A stretch of 63,977 bases of DNA, filler included, from Cercozoa sp. M6MM (GCA_040357565.1; 11 parts of 11 records of this genome joined end to end with filler, not necessarily neighbours in it), one strand, 5' to 3'. Counted from the whole stretch's first letter, positions 1-18,345 are shown. A program made the numbers and translations. Notes: generated from the letters alone by a model not told the origin.

Positions 1-29
1 CCCCCCCCCCCCCCCCCCCCCCCCCCGAC

Positions 30-245
30 CTGCCGGTGATGGCCTGGACAACCACGTCCTTGTGCGACAGGAATGCAGGTACCGAGGCACTCTGTACAAT
101 CGTCGGCTTGTCGAACCCGAAGCCTTCGGGCACATTTTTAATGGTTGAACCCGCAGCTTCCAAACAGCGAAACACACGCACCTTCAACACCGGACAGCGT
201 CTCGCCAGATAAATTCATATCGTGCCATGTTTTCGCGACTGCCAT
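30..245 (-). CDS. DEAD-box RNA helicase, DDX55/Spb4-like, 5' part (2 exons, truncated by window edge)
   Basis: Spliced translation MAVAKTWHDMNLSGETLSGVEGFGFDKPTIVQSASVPAFLSHKDVVVQAITGS contains the Q motif and the start of motif I. Confidence 0.8.
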
Positions 246-888
246 CGCAACGACTGTCTCGCACGAGGTAAGTACACGTAGTTGCTCTAGTCCGTTTCTA
301 GTGCACAACACTTGTTGTGTACATTTGACTCCCTTAAACAGTGGATTTAACGCTTCAGAGCCGATATACTCAGAATTTATAGACCGTCCATGCCGACGTC
401 GTATCGTACGCTGTAGCCACTGAGGAAGGGAGTCGCGTGTCACCCACCGTGTGTTGTGGACTCAAACCTCGTATACACGACCCGGAGGTTCGTTAGCTTC
501 GCTTCTACTTCCGTCAGGCTGTGAGACGATGCGCGCAGTGTCGAAAGACTCTCGTTTTTTTCCGTCTCTCGTTAGCCCCTGGCGCCGCGCCCCACGTTCT
601 CTAACGAGTCGTCGGATGCCTTAGCTTGCAGCTCAGCGCCTGGCGGCCACGCTTTTTCCGCTCGTTTTTCGTGTGTTTTGTCTCGTGTCCGTTTTCTGTT
701 TTCTGTTTTTTGTTTTCTGTTTTTTCCATGAGCGGCGTCGATTTGGCAATTTTGCGCTTTGGCCTGCGAGTTCAATTTTGTTTGGGAGTGTTGTAGGTTC
801 TTTTGTGTTTTTGGTTCTTTGTGCCCTGGTTTTGGTTTTTGTTCTCAGTGTCTCATCTTGATTGATGTGTTGTTGTTGTTTTTCGCAG

Positions 889-1519
889 ATGTCGCAGTCT
901 CGTTCGCGTTCCCGCTCCCGTTCGCGCAGCCGCTCGCGCTCGCGCTCTGCCCCGCGTGAGGAGAAGTCGCGCTCGCGCTCGCGCAGCCGTTCGCGTCCTC
1001 GTCGCTCGCGCTCGCCGCGTGGCCGCTCCCGTTCGCGCAGCCGCTCGCGCGACAGCGTGAAGACGGGCACCGTCGCCTTCTGGCACCGCAAGCGCGCCTT
1101 CGGTACAATGCGTTCTCTTGTGTCAAAGGAACTACCAGTTTATCCACTGTGTCGTATTTGTAGGCTTCATTGAGCCGAGCGTTGGCGGCGACCGCGTGTG
1201 GTTCCACCGCTCGAAGTGCGCCTGTGACGGCTCGCGCTTTGACGACGTCGATGTGGCTGAAGGCGACCAGGTCGAGTTCACGACGCAGGTCGACAACCAG
1301 GGCCGCGTCGAGGCTCGCGAGGTCACTCTTGCCGGCGGCAAGCGCTTCCGCACCAAGCCGCGTCCGCGTGACGACTACGGTGGTGGCTACGGTGGCTACG
1401 GCGGTGGTCGCAGCCGCTACGGCCGTCGCTCGCGTTCGCGTTCGCGCAGCTACGACCGTCGCCGCTCGCGCTCGCGTTCGTACCGCCGTCGTTCGCGCTC
1501 GCGCTCGTACCGTCGCTAA
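889..1519 (+). CDS. Cold-shock-domain RNA-binding protein with N- and C-terminal RS domains
   Basis: ATG 889, intron 1103-1163, TAA 1517-1519. CSD reads KTGTVAFWHRKRAFGFIEP...VWFHRS...EGDQVEF...GRVEAREV, flanked by RS repeats and a GGY stretch. Confidence 0.9.
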
Positions 1520-1656
1520 GTTACAGCGCGCAGCTTGCTGACTGAATGATGCATCATAACCGTCCGGCAAAACTAACACCAGACCGCATGTGTGGACTTA
1601 GTCCTTGCTGTTTGTTGTTGTTTTTGTTTCGGGCCATCAGTCCAAGGCTGTGATGC

Positions 1657-2197
1657 TACAGCATGAACTACTGTATCCGCGCGGAAGCAACCCTACAACT
1701 TAAAAAATCCTCTCAAGAGAGGCGTGGAAGATTTTGACGTGTGTTTGCTGGTATCCTGACCTACTGAGAGCTTCAGTCCAGACTGTGGAACACCTGTGTT
1801 TGAGCAGGGAAGCCTTGAGCAAGCTTTTTGCAGCTGAACTCAAAGAAGGGCTCTCTCTCGACCAGGCAATCTGATCTCTCCAGGACCAGTTGTCTTCGCT
1901 TCTACCTGTCCTCTGCCTTTCCAGGGGCCCTTCTTTTCTTTACTTCCAACTCAAGTCCTTCTGAATCCTCACTACTCAGTTCTCACGACGCCTTTCCGTC
2001 TCAAGGACCCTTTATACTGACTGTCCTTTCTACAGTTCCCATCTGACGGGTGACTTTCCCGTCCACCACCAGTGCTTTGCCGCCCAACTGAACCGTTGGG
2101 TAACTCGCTCTTTCAAACTGACACCTTAGTCTTTTTTTGTATCCTGGCAAAGTACCCTCAATTTACCAAGGCCTGATCCCTATCTGAGAGGGCTGCG
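1657..2197. repeat. Dispersed repeat family A, copy 1 (probable degenerate TE)
   Basis: High identity to 59842-60324, with partial copies near 60450-60500 and 61960-62170. No intact ORF. Confidence 0.85.
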
Positions 2198-2333
2198 ATA
2201 ACAGTAAACATTCTCGGAGCTGAATATTCCACGACCATCAAGTGCTGCAGAAATTTAAAGTCTAGGGTGGAGCCAAAGGATCAGTGGGACACAAGCTGAG
2301 TTAGGTTGGGTCATGCTGCTACTAGGGTCGGAG

Positions 2334-3830
<1,497 letters not shown>

Positions 3831-4058
3831 TTCGTGGCGTATCTAAACTAAATACAGTGCAACGGGCACCGTTTGTCACACAATCCAGTTTTGGCTGTTC
3901 TCAAAATGCAGAACCGGACTTTAGCCAGCAGATACTTGTCTATTTGATTCTTCGTGTCGGTCAGACAGGGGAGTGCTGGGGAACTACTGGAACAATGTTT
4001 ACTGAACTGGAACAATGCGTTTGAGGCGAATCTCCACCATCGTCTGGGCGTTGTCATT

Positions 4059-4256
4059 CTAGGCTTGCTGCCAACCGTCGTTGGAGCCAGAGTTGTCATT
4101 TAGCACCTCTTCCAGCTTCTCCTGCATCGCGTTCCCGATCAGCCCGTACAAGGCCTCGTCGTTCAATTCAAGGACGTTGTCGGCAACGGCCCGATTGACG
4201 GTCGAGATAAAGGCCTCTGCGAACTCGAAATGGAACGTCGTGCTGACCGCAGGGAC
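4059..4256 (-). CDS. Last exon of an unidentified gene
   Basis: Acceptor TTAG, then 65 codons (VPAVSTTFHFEFAEAF...NDGWQQA) and TAG. The rest is lost at the contig end. Confidence 0.5.
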   Translation of the reverse strand, partial: VPAVSTTFHFEFAEAFISTVNRAVADNVLELNDEALYGLIGNAMQEKLEEVLNDNSGSNDGWQQA

Positions 4257-4322
4257 CTAAGACGCCGCTTGAATGACCGCAACAACTTAAAGCCCGCTTC
4301 CACGTCGCAACTGGGGGGGGGG

Positions 4323-4422
4323 NNNNNNNNNNNNNNNNNNNNNNNNNNNNNNNNNNNNNNNNNNNNTTAATTAATTAANNNNNNNNNNNNNNNNNNNNNN
4401 NNNNNNNNNNNNNNNNNNNNNN
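4323..4422. other. Artificial contig linker (also 7722-7821, 11726-11825, 31334-31433, 38138-38237, 41390-41489, 43199-43298, 56338-56437, 58196-58295, 62794-62893)
   Basis: Identical 44N-TTAATTAATTAA-44N structure, with stops in all six frames. Confidence 0.98.
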
Positions 4423-4466
4423 GCCCTACCTCCACCTCTTACCCCTTACCCCACCCCTCACTGCAG

Positions 4467-7693
<3,227 letters not shown>

Positions 7694-7821
7694 GTAGCTC
7701 TTGTTTTACCCCCCCCCCCCCNNNNNNNNNNNNNNNNNNNNNNNNNNNNNNNNNNNNNNNNNNNNTTAATTAATTAANNNNNNNNNNNNNNNNNNNNNNN
7801 NNNNNNNNNNNNNNNNNNNNN

Positions 7822-7946
<125 letters not shown>

Positions 7947-8026
7947 TAGCCAGCTTTGCCTATGGAAAGCTCTGCGCTGTTGGAAGCTGTTACTTGACAG
8001 AAGTTACGATTCTACCGTGTCTTTAG

Positions 8027-8329
8027 GAAGAGCGGCGCTTGCGCGCAAAAAGACGCAGTAACGCCTTTGCGATGCCGCAGTTCAATCATGTCAGTTGGCG
8101 TGACAGCAATCAACAGCGTCGTGTGCATCATGCCACCTTCGACGACCCTCTTTGCTCGCACGACAACGACGACTACTACAACTACAACTATCCTCTCGAC
8201 CAGCTGTCCGACGACAATGGCGACTACTCCGACACTGTGGACGAGCATGTCTCGTTGCTGCCGCGTCGCTCACACCGACTCGTGCGACAGCGCAACAACT
8301 CTGTCCACAGGATACGCGTGTTTGGCTGA
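8027..8329 (+). CDS. Last exon of an unidentified gene
   Basis: Acceptor TTTAG, then an open frame EERRLRAKRRSNAFAMPQF...RIRVFG and TGA with host-like codon use. Confidence 0.45.
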   Translation, partial: EERRLRAKRRSNAFAMPQFNHVSWRDSNQQRRVHHATFDDPLCSHDNDDYYNYNYPLDQLSDDNGDYSDTVDEHVSLLPRRSHRLVRQRNNSVHRIRVFG

Positions 8330-8449
8330 TCTCGTTTGATCCCTTTTTGTTCTGTCATTTCACTCGACTGGTTTTGTCTCGTTCAACTTAGCTTGCAATC
8401 AGAACGTATGTAAGTAAAATAAATCAAGGAAACCGCGAAAACTGGAGGC

Positions 8450-10381
<1,932 letters not shown>

Positions 10382-10544
10382 AAACGCAACTGGCTCACAA
10401 GAAACTGTAGTAACACACGCATACGCTCGTGCAAATGTGACACAAACAAGCAGCGTTTCTTGAGATCAGCCTGAATCACAGCTTCTCAGAATAGTGTAGG
10501 TTTACCTCTGTCGGTCGCTGGATTGGACCCAGTTCTACATTGGG

Positions 10545-11647
10545 ATGGCGCTGGCGTTGCATCGTCGGTGCCTCCTGAGGTGTGCGCGTAAATTCTCATT
10601 GGACGCGCTGTCCGCGCGGACACAGGAGATCGAGCGAAAAGTGCTGTCGGCACTGGGCAACGAAGACGAAGTGCAGAGGCTACGCCAGGAACGTGCGTTT
10701 GGTTTACATTTGCTGGTCTACTAATTTAGGAGCTATCAAATTTACAGGTGACCACTTGGAGGCTGTTTTGAGCGATGCTTCAGCCTGGGAGTGTCAAGAC
10801 ACGGCTCAAGTCCAAAGCAAGCGCCTGTTGTCATTGCAACAGGAACTCGCATCTGTTGATGAAGTTTTTGATGAAATAGAGTCTGCTCGTGCTCTTCTCG
10901 AGGTAATTCGCTTTGCTTTGAGGTTACTTTCTCTTTTCTATCTCTTCTTGCTGCAGCTGCTGGAAGAGACCGATCAAGATGCCGAACTGACGCAAGAGTT
11001 GGAAGAAGTACTTGCCTTGTGCGACACGTTGCACGAAAAAATGATCATACAACGCAAGCTGAACGAACCGTTTGCCATGTACTGATGCGATCTGTTGCAT
11101 GATGTTCTTCCCGTTTGCTTATGTTTCTTGTGTACCAGGTGCGACTGTTATGTCCAGGTCACGGCAGGACAAGGAGGAGCGGCGAGTCGCAGATTAGTCA
11201 AAAAGCTGCGAGACATGTATGTTCTTTGAATACGAAGACAGTGCGCTTCCCAGATTGCTTTGATTGCAGGTACGTGAATTATGCGACGAAAGAAGGCTGG
11301 GAAATTGAGGAACTCGACTGCACCGTTGTAGAAGACGGCGACGGCGATGGCTTGTCAAACACGACTCTGCTTGTTCAAGGCGATCATTGCTTTGGCTGGT
11401 TACGACATGAGCACGGCGTTCATCGACACAAGTACGTCTACTGGAAAGGAAGCAAGAAGCACACCGATGCCGTGGCTGTTCGAGTGACGCCGCATGCACC
11501 TTCCGATGGCTTTGTTCGCGGGGTATGAACAGGTCACAGCAAACCCTATTTCCTGTACAGTCCTGATTTTAATCACAGAACGAAGTGGACGAGGAGCTCA
11601 AAAGGCTCGTCGACGTTGATAATATGACTTCCGAACTTAAGTTTGAG
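10545..11647 (+). CDS. Organellar (probably mitochondrial) class-I release factor, RF2-like, 5' part
   Basis: Arg-rich presequence MALALHRRCLLRCARKFS; DCYVQVTAGQGG, MYVNYA, GDHCFGWLRHEHGVHR, KKHT match RF2 domain 2. The GGQ region lies beyond the contig end. Confidence 0.82.
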
Positions 11648-11692
11648 GTACGTGCACTTTGCAAACTTCCAATTGACAACGTGTGTGTGTGT

Positions 11693-11725
<33 letters not shown>

Positions 11726-11825
11726 NNNNNNNNNNNNNNNNNNNNNNNNNNNNNNNNNNNNNNNNNNNNTTAATTAATTAANNNNNNNNNNNNNNNNNNN
11801 NNNNNNNNNNNNNNNNNNNNNNNNN

Positions 11826-12042
<217 letters not shown>

Positions 12043-13154
12043 GCAATGTGGAGGACGGTGCCATCACGGTGCATATCATCGATTCGGTCACTGGCCGTCT
12101 GCTGCACAAGGTACCTTCTTGTCCCTCTGTCTTTGTCTTTACCCTTCTCCCCATGACACAGATTCTCCTGGAGAATGCCGTGTTGGACAGCACGCATCCG
12201 CACGCGCTGCTTCTGGTGGACAACGTCGTTCTGGCCAGCTACTTTGACCGCCAGAGGAAGAGTATGCCCTTGTACCTCCCTCATTCCCTGGTCCCGTCAT
12301 CCTTATCCACATGCAGCCTACGCTCTGTCGGTCATCGAACTCTTGGACGCCGACACGAGTGCCGACTCGGGAGAACTGACTCTTAGTGCCAAGAAGGACG
12401 CGTGGACGCAGGTGACGCCGCTGACTGAAACCGTCACCTACGCACTCGACACTCCTGTACTTCCTATCTGCCCCTGGACCTCTCTACCCTTTACCCCCCC
12501 CCCCCCCACAGGTAACGCAGCTGGCACATACGGTCACTCGGTACGGCGTGAGTGAAAAACAAGTGGTTGCCACTTTGCCGTCGGGTCAGCACGCTGTGCT
12601 CAATCTCATCGACACCGACACACGTCGCTCCTCGGAGCAAAAGGTTTTCTCGGCAGTGGTTCTCCTTGTGTCGTGACACCTGACCCTACTCTGTGGCATT
12701 AGGAGATGCAACGCCTGGGACTGCAGCCGCTGGCGTCGCCGGTGCTTAGTCTGAGCAACCCGCTATCGTTCGTCACGCGCGAGCGCGTCGTCGCTGGTGC
12801 CTCGGTTCACTCCACGCACGCGGTAGGACCCTTTCATCGCCATACCCGTACGTCATGTGTTTTGTGAATAGGCCGTCGAAAGCACGTCACTGTTGCTGTT
12901 GACGGGCGCGCGCGCTCAATGGCTCCTCACGTCGACAGCACCCAGCGGCTCCTTCGACGTTCTGCCTGTACACTGTGCTAATGTGCGCAAACACAATACC
13001 TCGATGGCTCCCTGGTCTGTGCGTGCAGAGTGACTTTGCCGGTGTGACACTTGCCGCCGTCTGCGCCGCCATGCTTGCTGCCATCATGGTTACCAGGAGC
13101 ATGGCCGACGATAAGGTGCTCCGGGAGCACTATGAAACGAACAAGGCAGACTAG
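12043..13154 (+). CDS. EMC1: ER membrane complex subunit 1, C-terminal part
   Basis: VHIIDSVTGRLLH, TVTRYGVSEKQV, VESTSLLL, APSGSFDVLPSDF, a C-terminal TM and TAG at 13152-13154. Confidence 0.85.
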
Positions 13155-13567
13155 ACCGGGCCGGACACGACCAGTAGCATCGACGACCCGATCACGAGTT
13201 TCATCTCGTCTGTGACTCATCGAGATCGACCAGAAATCACAGCGTATAGTACAGTACGTCCGTCAGACAGGTGCAGGAGATAGACTTCTTCCTCTTCAGT
13301 TTGCGGTGAATTCAGAACGGGCGTGCACTCAGTTTGAACGGAATTGAACGAAGCAAAGCTTCGGCCGTCTTTTATGCCGTTATAAACAGTACACACTGTA
13401 TCTAACCGGACACTTCCGGGCTTTTAAAGATTTAGACAAGATTGTTCAGTGCCCCTCGCAGCTCGTGGTGGGAGAGAGAGAAAAAAGAAATAGTATCTGG
13501 TTTGCAAACTGACCGGATTGCTATCAGCTGGAACTCGGGGCCCGAAACCTGAACTACTGAGCAAAAC

Positions 13568-15517
13568 ATGTCTGCACAGGTTTGTGAGAAATGGTACGAC
13601 TTTCAAAAGGGTGGATTTGTGTCGCTTTCGTTCCGAAAAATAACAAGGTTGTCCAGAAACGACGTAAATTGGAAAATATAGGACTGACGTTTTGGTCGAT
13701 GAATCAAGCGCAACGGCACCGAACTCTGTCGCAAAGATTGTCGCATCTATGGCAGTTGTCGATGGCGTCGCTGCTGTGTTCTGTCTCATCCTGATCACAC
13801 GATTAATCCGTTTTTGGACGTGCAAGGGTGACACTTCCAACAAGAGCTTAAAAACCCGCGAAAGAGACTCTAACTTTGTCGCTTCCGAAGATAACCTGGA
13901 GGAGGAAGGCGAGAAGGGAGATATGGTGCGCGCATCCGACACGGAACTTTTGCAGCGCTTGTCACTCTTTGAAGACGCAACGTGCATGTACAGTTTAACC
14001 TACATGCAACCGAACTGATATCGGCTAAGCGAAATACCCAACTGAAGTTGTTGTTTTCTGGCTACCCGTAGCGACAACACGAAGAGCGCGACAGGTCGTA
14101 TGTCGTTGCACTTCGCCACCGTACTGCTTTGCGTTGGCCAGATGGTGCTAGCCTCGCTCGTTCTTTTGTCGGACCCTTTTTCCATGCTCCCGAAACGCGC
14201 TCTATGTAAAATTTAATTGTAAGTTTAATTTTACTGAATTATGTTCAAACGACAGTTTCGGTGCTGGGCGGATGTGCAGTGTGAGTCTTTAACGCTTGAT
14301 TTAGGTGTATCCGAACATCTTGTGCACGAGGATATTATGTGCAGTGCCGAGATTGTGCTTTCTCTTCGAATGGTTTCGGTCGCAAAGAATCGTGCTCGCG
14401 CTCTTGGGTAGATTAACATAAATTGCAGTACGGTGAAACGTCCCCTTCTCCCAGTAACGTATATGAATGAATGCAGTTTCAAGGTCGCTTCGGTGTTTCT
14501 TATCCTTCTGGCGACGGCAGCAATGTGCTACGGTGCCTACGAACTCGCCACCTACATGTTGCTTGTCGGTGAAGCACGGAAGAATTATTCGAATCCTGCC
14601 GTTTGCGAGGTACTTTACAAAGCAGCATGTTGAACACTTAATAGGATACTGTACTACGTCGGTTTTGTCTTCTATCCCAGTTGGATCACAAGCATCAGTT
14701 GCGTCACCGCGACTACCCGATCTGTATTTTGTTCACCATCTTCAACTGGGCAGCTTTCGTTTCAAGTTGATTTGTTTAAACTCGGGGGATATCACTGTCT
14801 TTATACCTGATATTGCCACGACAATTTTAGTGTGGATTGACGTGCAAAACAACTTCCGGTGCTGTGGTTGGTTTGAACACGAGCACGTTCGCGCGCGCGT
14901 TGGTGCGCATCTATTTCATATATGATGCTCATCGCTTGCAAAAGTTATTCTTCGCATTTTCTCTCAGAACTCCAAACTGGCTCCTGGTGCACTCTGTTGG
15001 CCGAGCAGACCATGAAAACCAGCCGTGTGCCGTCGTCTGTGTCGGTAACCTTTGAGTCACATATACAATACGCAGGCGACGAGTTAAAAAGCGCACTCGG
15101 TGTGTAGTGCCGAGAGACAATGCTCGACTGGTCACAGCTACAAGCCCTTGCTTTGCTATGTGGTAAGCCGAACTCGCGACATCCAGTGATCCGCACGGCA
15201 CAATGTTTCTAGGCACAATGACGGCGGGTTTGTTGCTGGTGGCTAGTCTCGTCGTCGAGTGTTGTTGCTGTTCCCAAGGTTTCGATATGAACAGCGGGAT
15301 CATGCGATTCGACAGCCCCATAATAACAGACAAAGCCAGCGACAAGAAAAACGACAACATTTTACCGACTGGCAATAATACACCGGTCAGCCAGGCAGAT
15401 GTCGTTGTTCAGGTAAATCCCATGAGCAGCAGCCACTGCGAGTTTCGTTTTTTTGAAGCATGTGCGCAGATGGCACAGCCCCAACACTATCGCGCTGTCG
15501 AAGGAAGTGACAATTAA
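13568..15517 (+). CDS. Tetraspanin-like protein with a putative extra N-terminal TM segment
   Basis: Spliced model has four tetraspanin TMs, a large loop with WIDVQNNFRCCG plus later Cys residues, and ECCCC after TM4. Confidence 0.7.
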
Positions 15518-16037
15518 ACCAAGCATGCTGCCGAAGGAAGCGCCAATCAAACAAGCACACGTTTTGACCGATGCGCTCTACAGTATTAAAAAAATATATT
15601 TTGGCTACAGTATGCAAGCCCGACAAAAAAAATCAAATAATGGACCAAGCCAGAAGCGCGTGCCGGACCGAAATGCTCAGATCGAGATTGAATTCACAAA
15701 TTGCAGCAACAAGCTTCATAGACGCAGCAGACCAAGTGAGTTACACACGTCTCTGGCCCAGGCACCGCGTTTTTGGGAAAACTGTCCTTTTGTGGCACGC
15801 GAATGGAGCCGAACAGAAACGCCCGGCTGGGCACAGCTCGCTGCATGAACTTGTGCTTTTGTTTCTTTCCCCAAACGTTACCCCGGTGTTTGCTGGCAGT
15901 TCTTCGGCTTGCCGTTTTTTTGCTGTTTCTGCTGCTTGTTTATGTTTTCTTATATTGCTCAGTCGGTGTGTGCGCCAGCGTTCCCATTCTCTAGTTCTTG
16001 TCGGATTCTGAAGTAGTGCGACAAAACTGACCTCAAG

Positions 16038-17815
16038 ATGGTGGTTATGGCCGAGCAGGAGCAGTGGGTCCAGGTGCAGATCAAGTCGTTTACGCGCTGG
16101 GCCAATGCCAAGCTTGCCGTTAAGGGCTATAAGGTACGTCAAACGTTCTTTTTGCGCGCCCCAGTCTTGTCACGATTTAATGTGCGAATCGCACGTGCTC
16201 AGGGCATCAGCGACCCGTCAGAGGTCGACACCTCGTGGACGGACGGCCACCTGCTGGCGCGCCTCATCAACGCGCTGTACGACCTGCCGGTGCCGCGTCT
16301 CAACAAGAACCCGCGTCTGCGTCCGCAGAAAATCGACAATCTCGTGCAGGCGCTCAAGATGGTCGATGCCGCTGGTGTGAAGACCAACTTCCTGCAGGCC
16401 GAGAACCTCGCGGACTGCAACCTCGTGCCGATCCTCGGTATGATGTGGTCGATCATCCTGCACTACGCCATCAACGGCATCAGCATTGACGACCTCAAGT
16501 CGAAGGAGGGCCTGCTGCTCTGGGTGCAGAAGCAGCTCAAGGGCTACCGCGACATTGACCCGCCGAACGTGCAGAACTTCCACCGCGACTGGAAGAACGG
16601 CCTGGCCTTCTGCGGCCTGATGCACCGCTTCTACCCTGAGAAGGTCGACTATGACACGCTGGAGAAGGGCAACGCCGCCGAGAACCTCAAGCTCGCCTTC
16701 GACACTTTCCAGGAGGTCGGCATCCCGGTGCTGCTCGATGTCGAGGATTGCCTCGTCGACATGCCGGACGACAAGGCCATCATGGCTCAGGTGGCCGAGA
16801 TCTTCCACCACTGCGCCAAGTTCTCGGTCAAGGAGGACGCCGCCCGTCGTTTGGCCAAGTTCGCCGGCTTTGCTCGCCGCATGAAGCAGTCGCAGGAGGA
16901 GTATGAGCGCCGCTCGCAGGCCCTCAAGGACTTCTACTCCTCTAAGGGTAGCTTTCTCCCCGTTTCTGCTCCTCCCTCTCCCTCTCCCTCCCTCTCTACC
17001 TGAAACATGTTTATGTTTGTGCAGCCGCCGAGTTTGACTCTGCCGTGTTCGAGGGCAGCGTCAACGACGTGCAGGACATGTACAAGAATTTCCGCGACTT
17101 TGTCGTGTCCGAGAAGCCGCAGCAGGAGGGCGAGAAGCTCGACGTGGCCTCGCTGTACGCCGACATTCAGACGGAGCTGTCGTCGCGTGGTCGTGCTGCC
17201 TACCAGCCGCCTGAGGGCCTGGTACCCCAGCCCAGCCCAGCCCGTTGTTCGTTGTTGACCTTTACCCCTTCCCTCTCCACAATATAGTCACCGACCGACG
17301 TGTCCAAGGCGTCGCTCGAGCTGGCCGCGGCCGAATCGCAGTACTCGGAGAAGCTGCAACAGTTCCGATTCTCCTTCATCGAGGAGGTCGACTCGGCCTC
17401 GCTGTCGCCGGAGCAGCTCGCCGAGGTTGAGCAGTCGTTTGACCACTTCGATCAGGACAAGTCGGGCTTTCTCGACAAGATCGAGTTTAAGGCCGCGCTC
17501 AACGCCATCGGTGTGCCCTTCCGCGAGGGCGAGGAGTTCGACAACCTGTTCGCGCAGGTGGCGCAGGGCGACGGCCGCATCTCGCGCGACGAGTTCATCA
17601 ACTACCTGACGACGATCAAGGCCGACCGCGAGGACGCCGCCACGCTGCTCGAGTCGTTTAAGACGCTCGCCGACCAGCGCAGCGCCATCGCTGCCCCGCA
17701 GCTCCGCGTGCCGCCGATGGAGGACCAGGACATCGAGTTCCTGCTGTCGACGATGCCGGAGATCGAGGAGGGTCAGTTCGACTACGCCAAGTTCGTCGAG
17801 GAGGCCTTCGAGTAG
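16038..17815 (+). CDS. Alpha-actinin-like actin cross-linker (about 521 aa, short rod)
   Basis: Exons 16038-16133, 16203-16947, 17025-17221, 17288-17815. CH1 (WVQVQIKSFTRWAN), CH2 (KEGLLLWVQ, WKNGLAFC), EF hands (FDHFDQDKSGFLDKIEF) and C-terminal FDYAKF. Confidence 0.93.
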
Positions 17816-18113
17816 ACGTTGCCGGGCCACCTTTTTTCGTCGGCTAGCTTGCGCTGTACATAGCCAAGGGCACTTTCATTCATAGCATTCGCGGTGTGGG
17901 TTTGCACTCAACTTGGCAATTGTTTTGAACTGAACCAAACTCTACAAAGCTACAGAAATTTACTGCTGCGTCAACCTTAATATACTGAGTGAATACCCGA
18001 CCGTACATACTCGTACTGCAAGCGCTGCATTCACCGCGCCCGACAGAAATTGAGCTAAAATATGGCTGGTGCGCGAAACGATGCTTCAGGTTGTCGTGTG
18101 CGCTAGCGTAACA

Positions 18114-18236
18114 CTACGTTGATTCGGACTCGGAAAACAGCGGAAACGCCAAGGCGTCGACAAAGGCGGCGAAACTACCTTGCTGCGGCTGCGGCAGTGG
18201 CTCAAGCGTCGCCTAGAGAACAAGGCAGACAGACAT

Positions 18237-18285
<49 letters not shown>

Positions 18286-18295
18286 NNNNNNNNNN

Positions 18296-18345
<50 letters not shown>

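Noticed and set aside
871-891. Spliced-leader trans-splicing, suggested by a pyrimidine tract and AG directly before ATG
   Set aside because: A 5' UTR cis-intron explains it, most other starts lack this context, and divergent gene pairs argue against polycistronic units.
4323-4422. Recurring TTAATTAATTAA flanked by Ns as a biological or CRISPR-like repeat
   Set aside because: Fixed 100-nt assembly linker with stops in all frames.
13406-13419. 14-bp match ACCGGACACTTCCG shared with about 33346-33359
   Set aside because: A single 14-mer pair is expected by chance in 64 kb, and the two contexts differ.
16218-17830. Long antisense ORFs over alpha-actinin, and the + ORF at 62106-62438
   Set aside because: Expected shadows of strongly GC3-biased or CAG-rich coding sequence.
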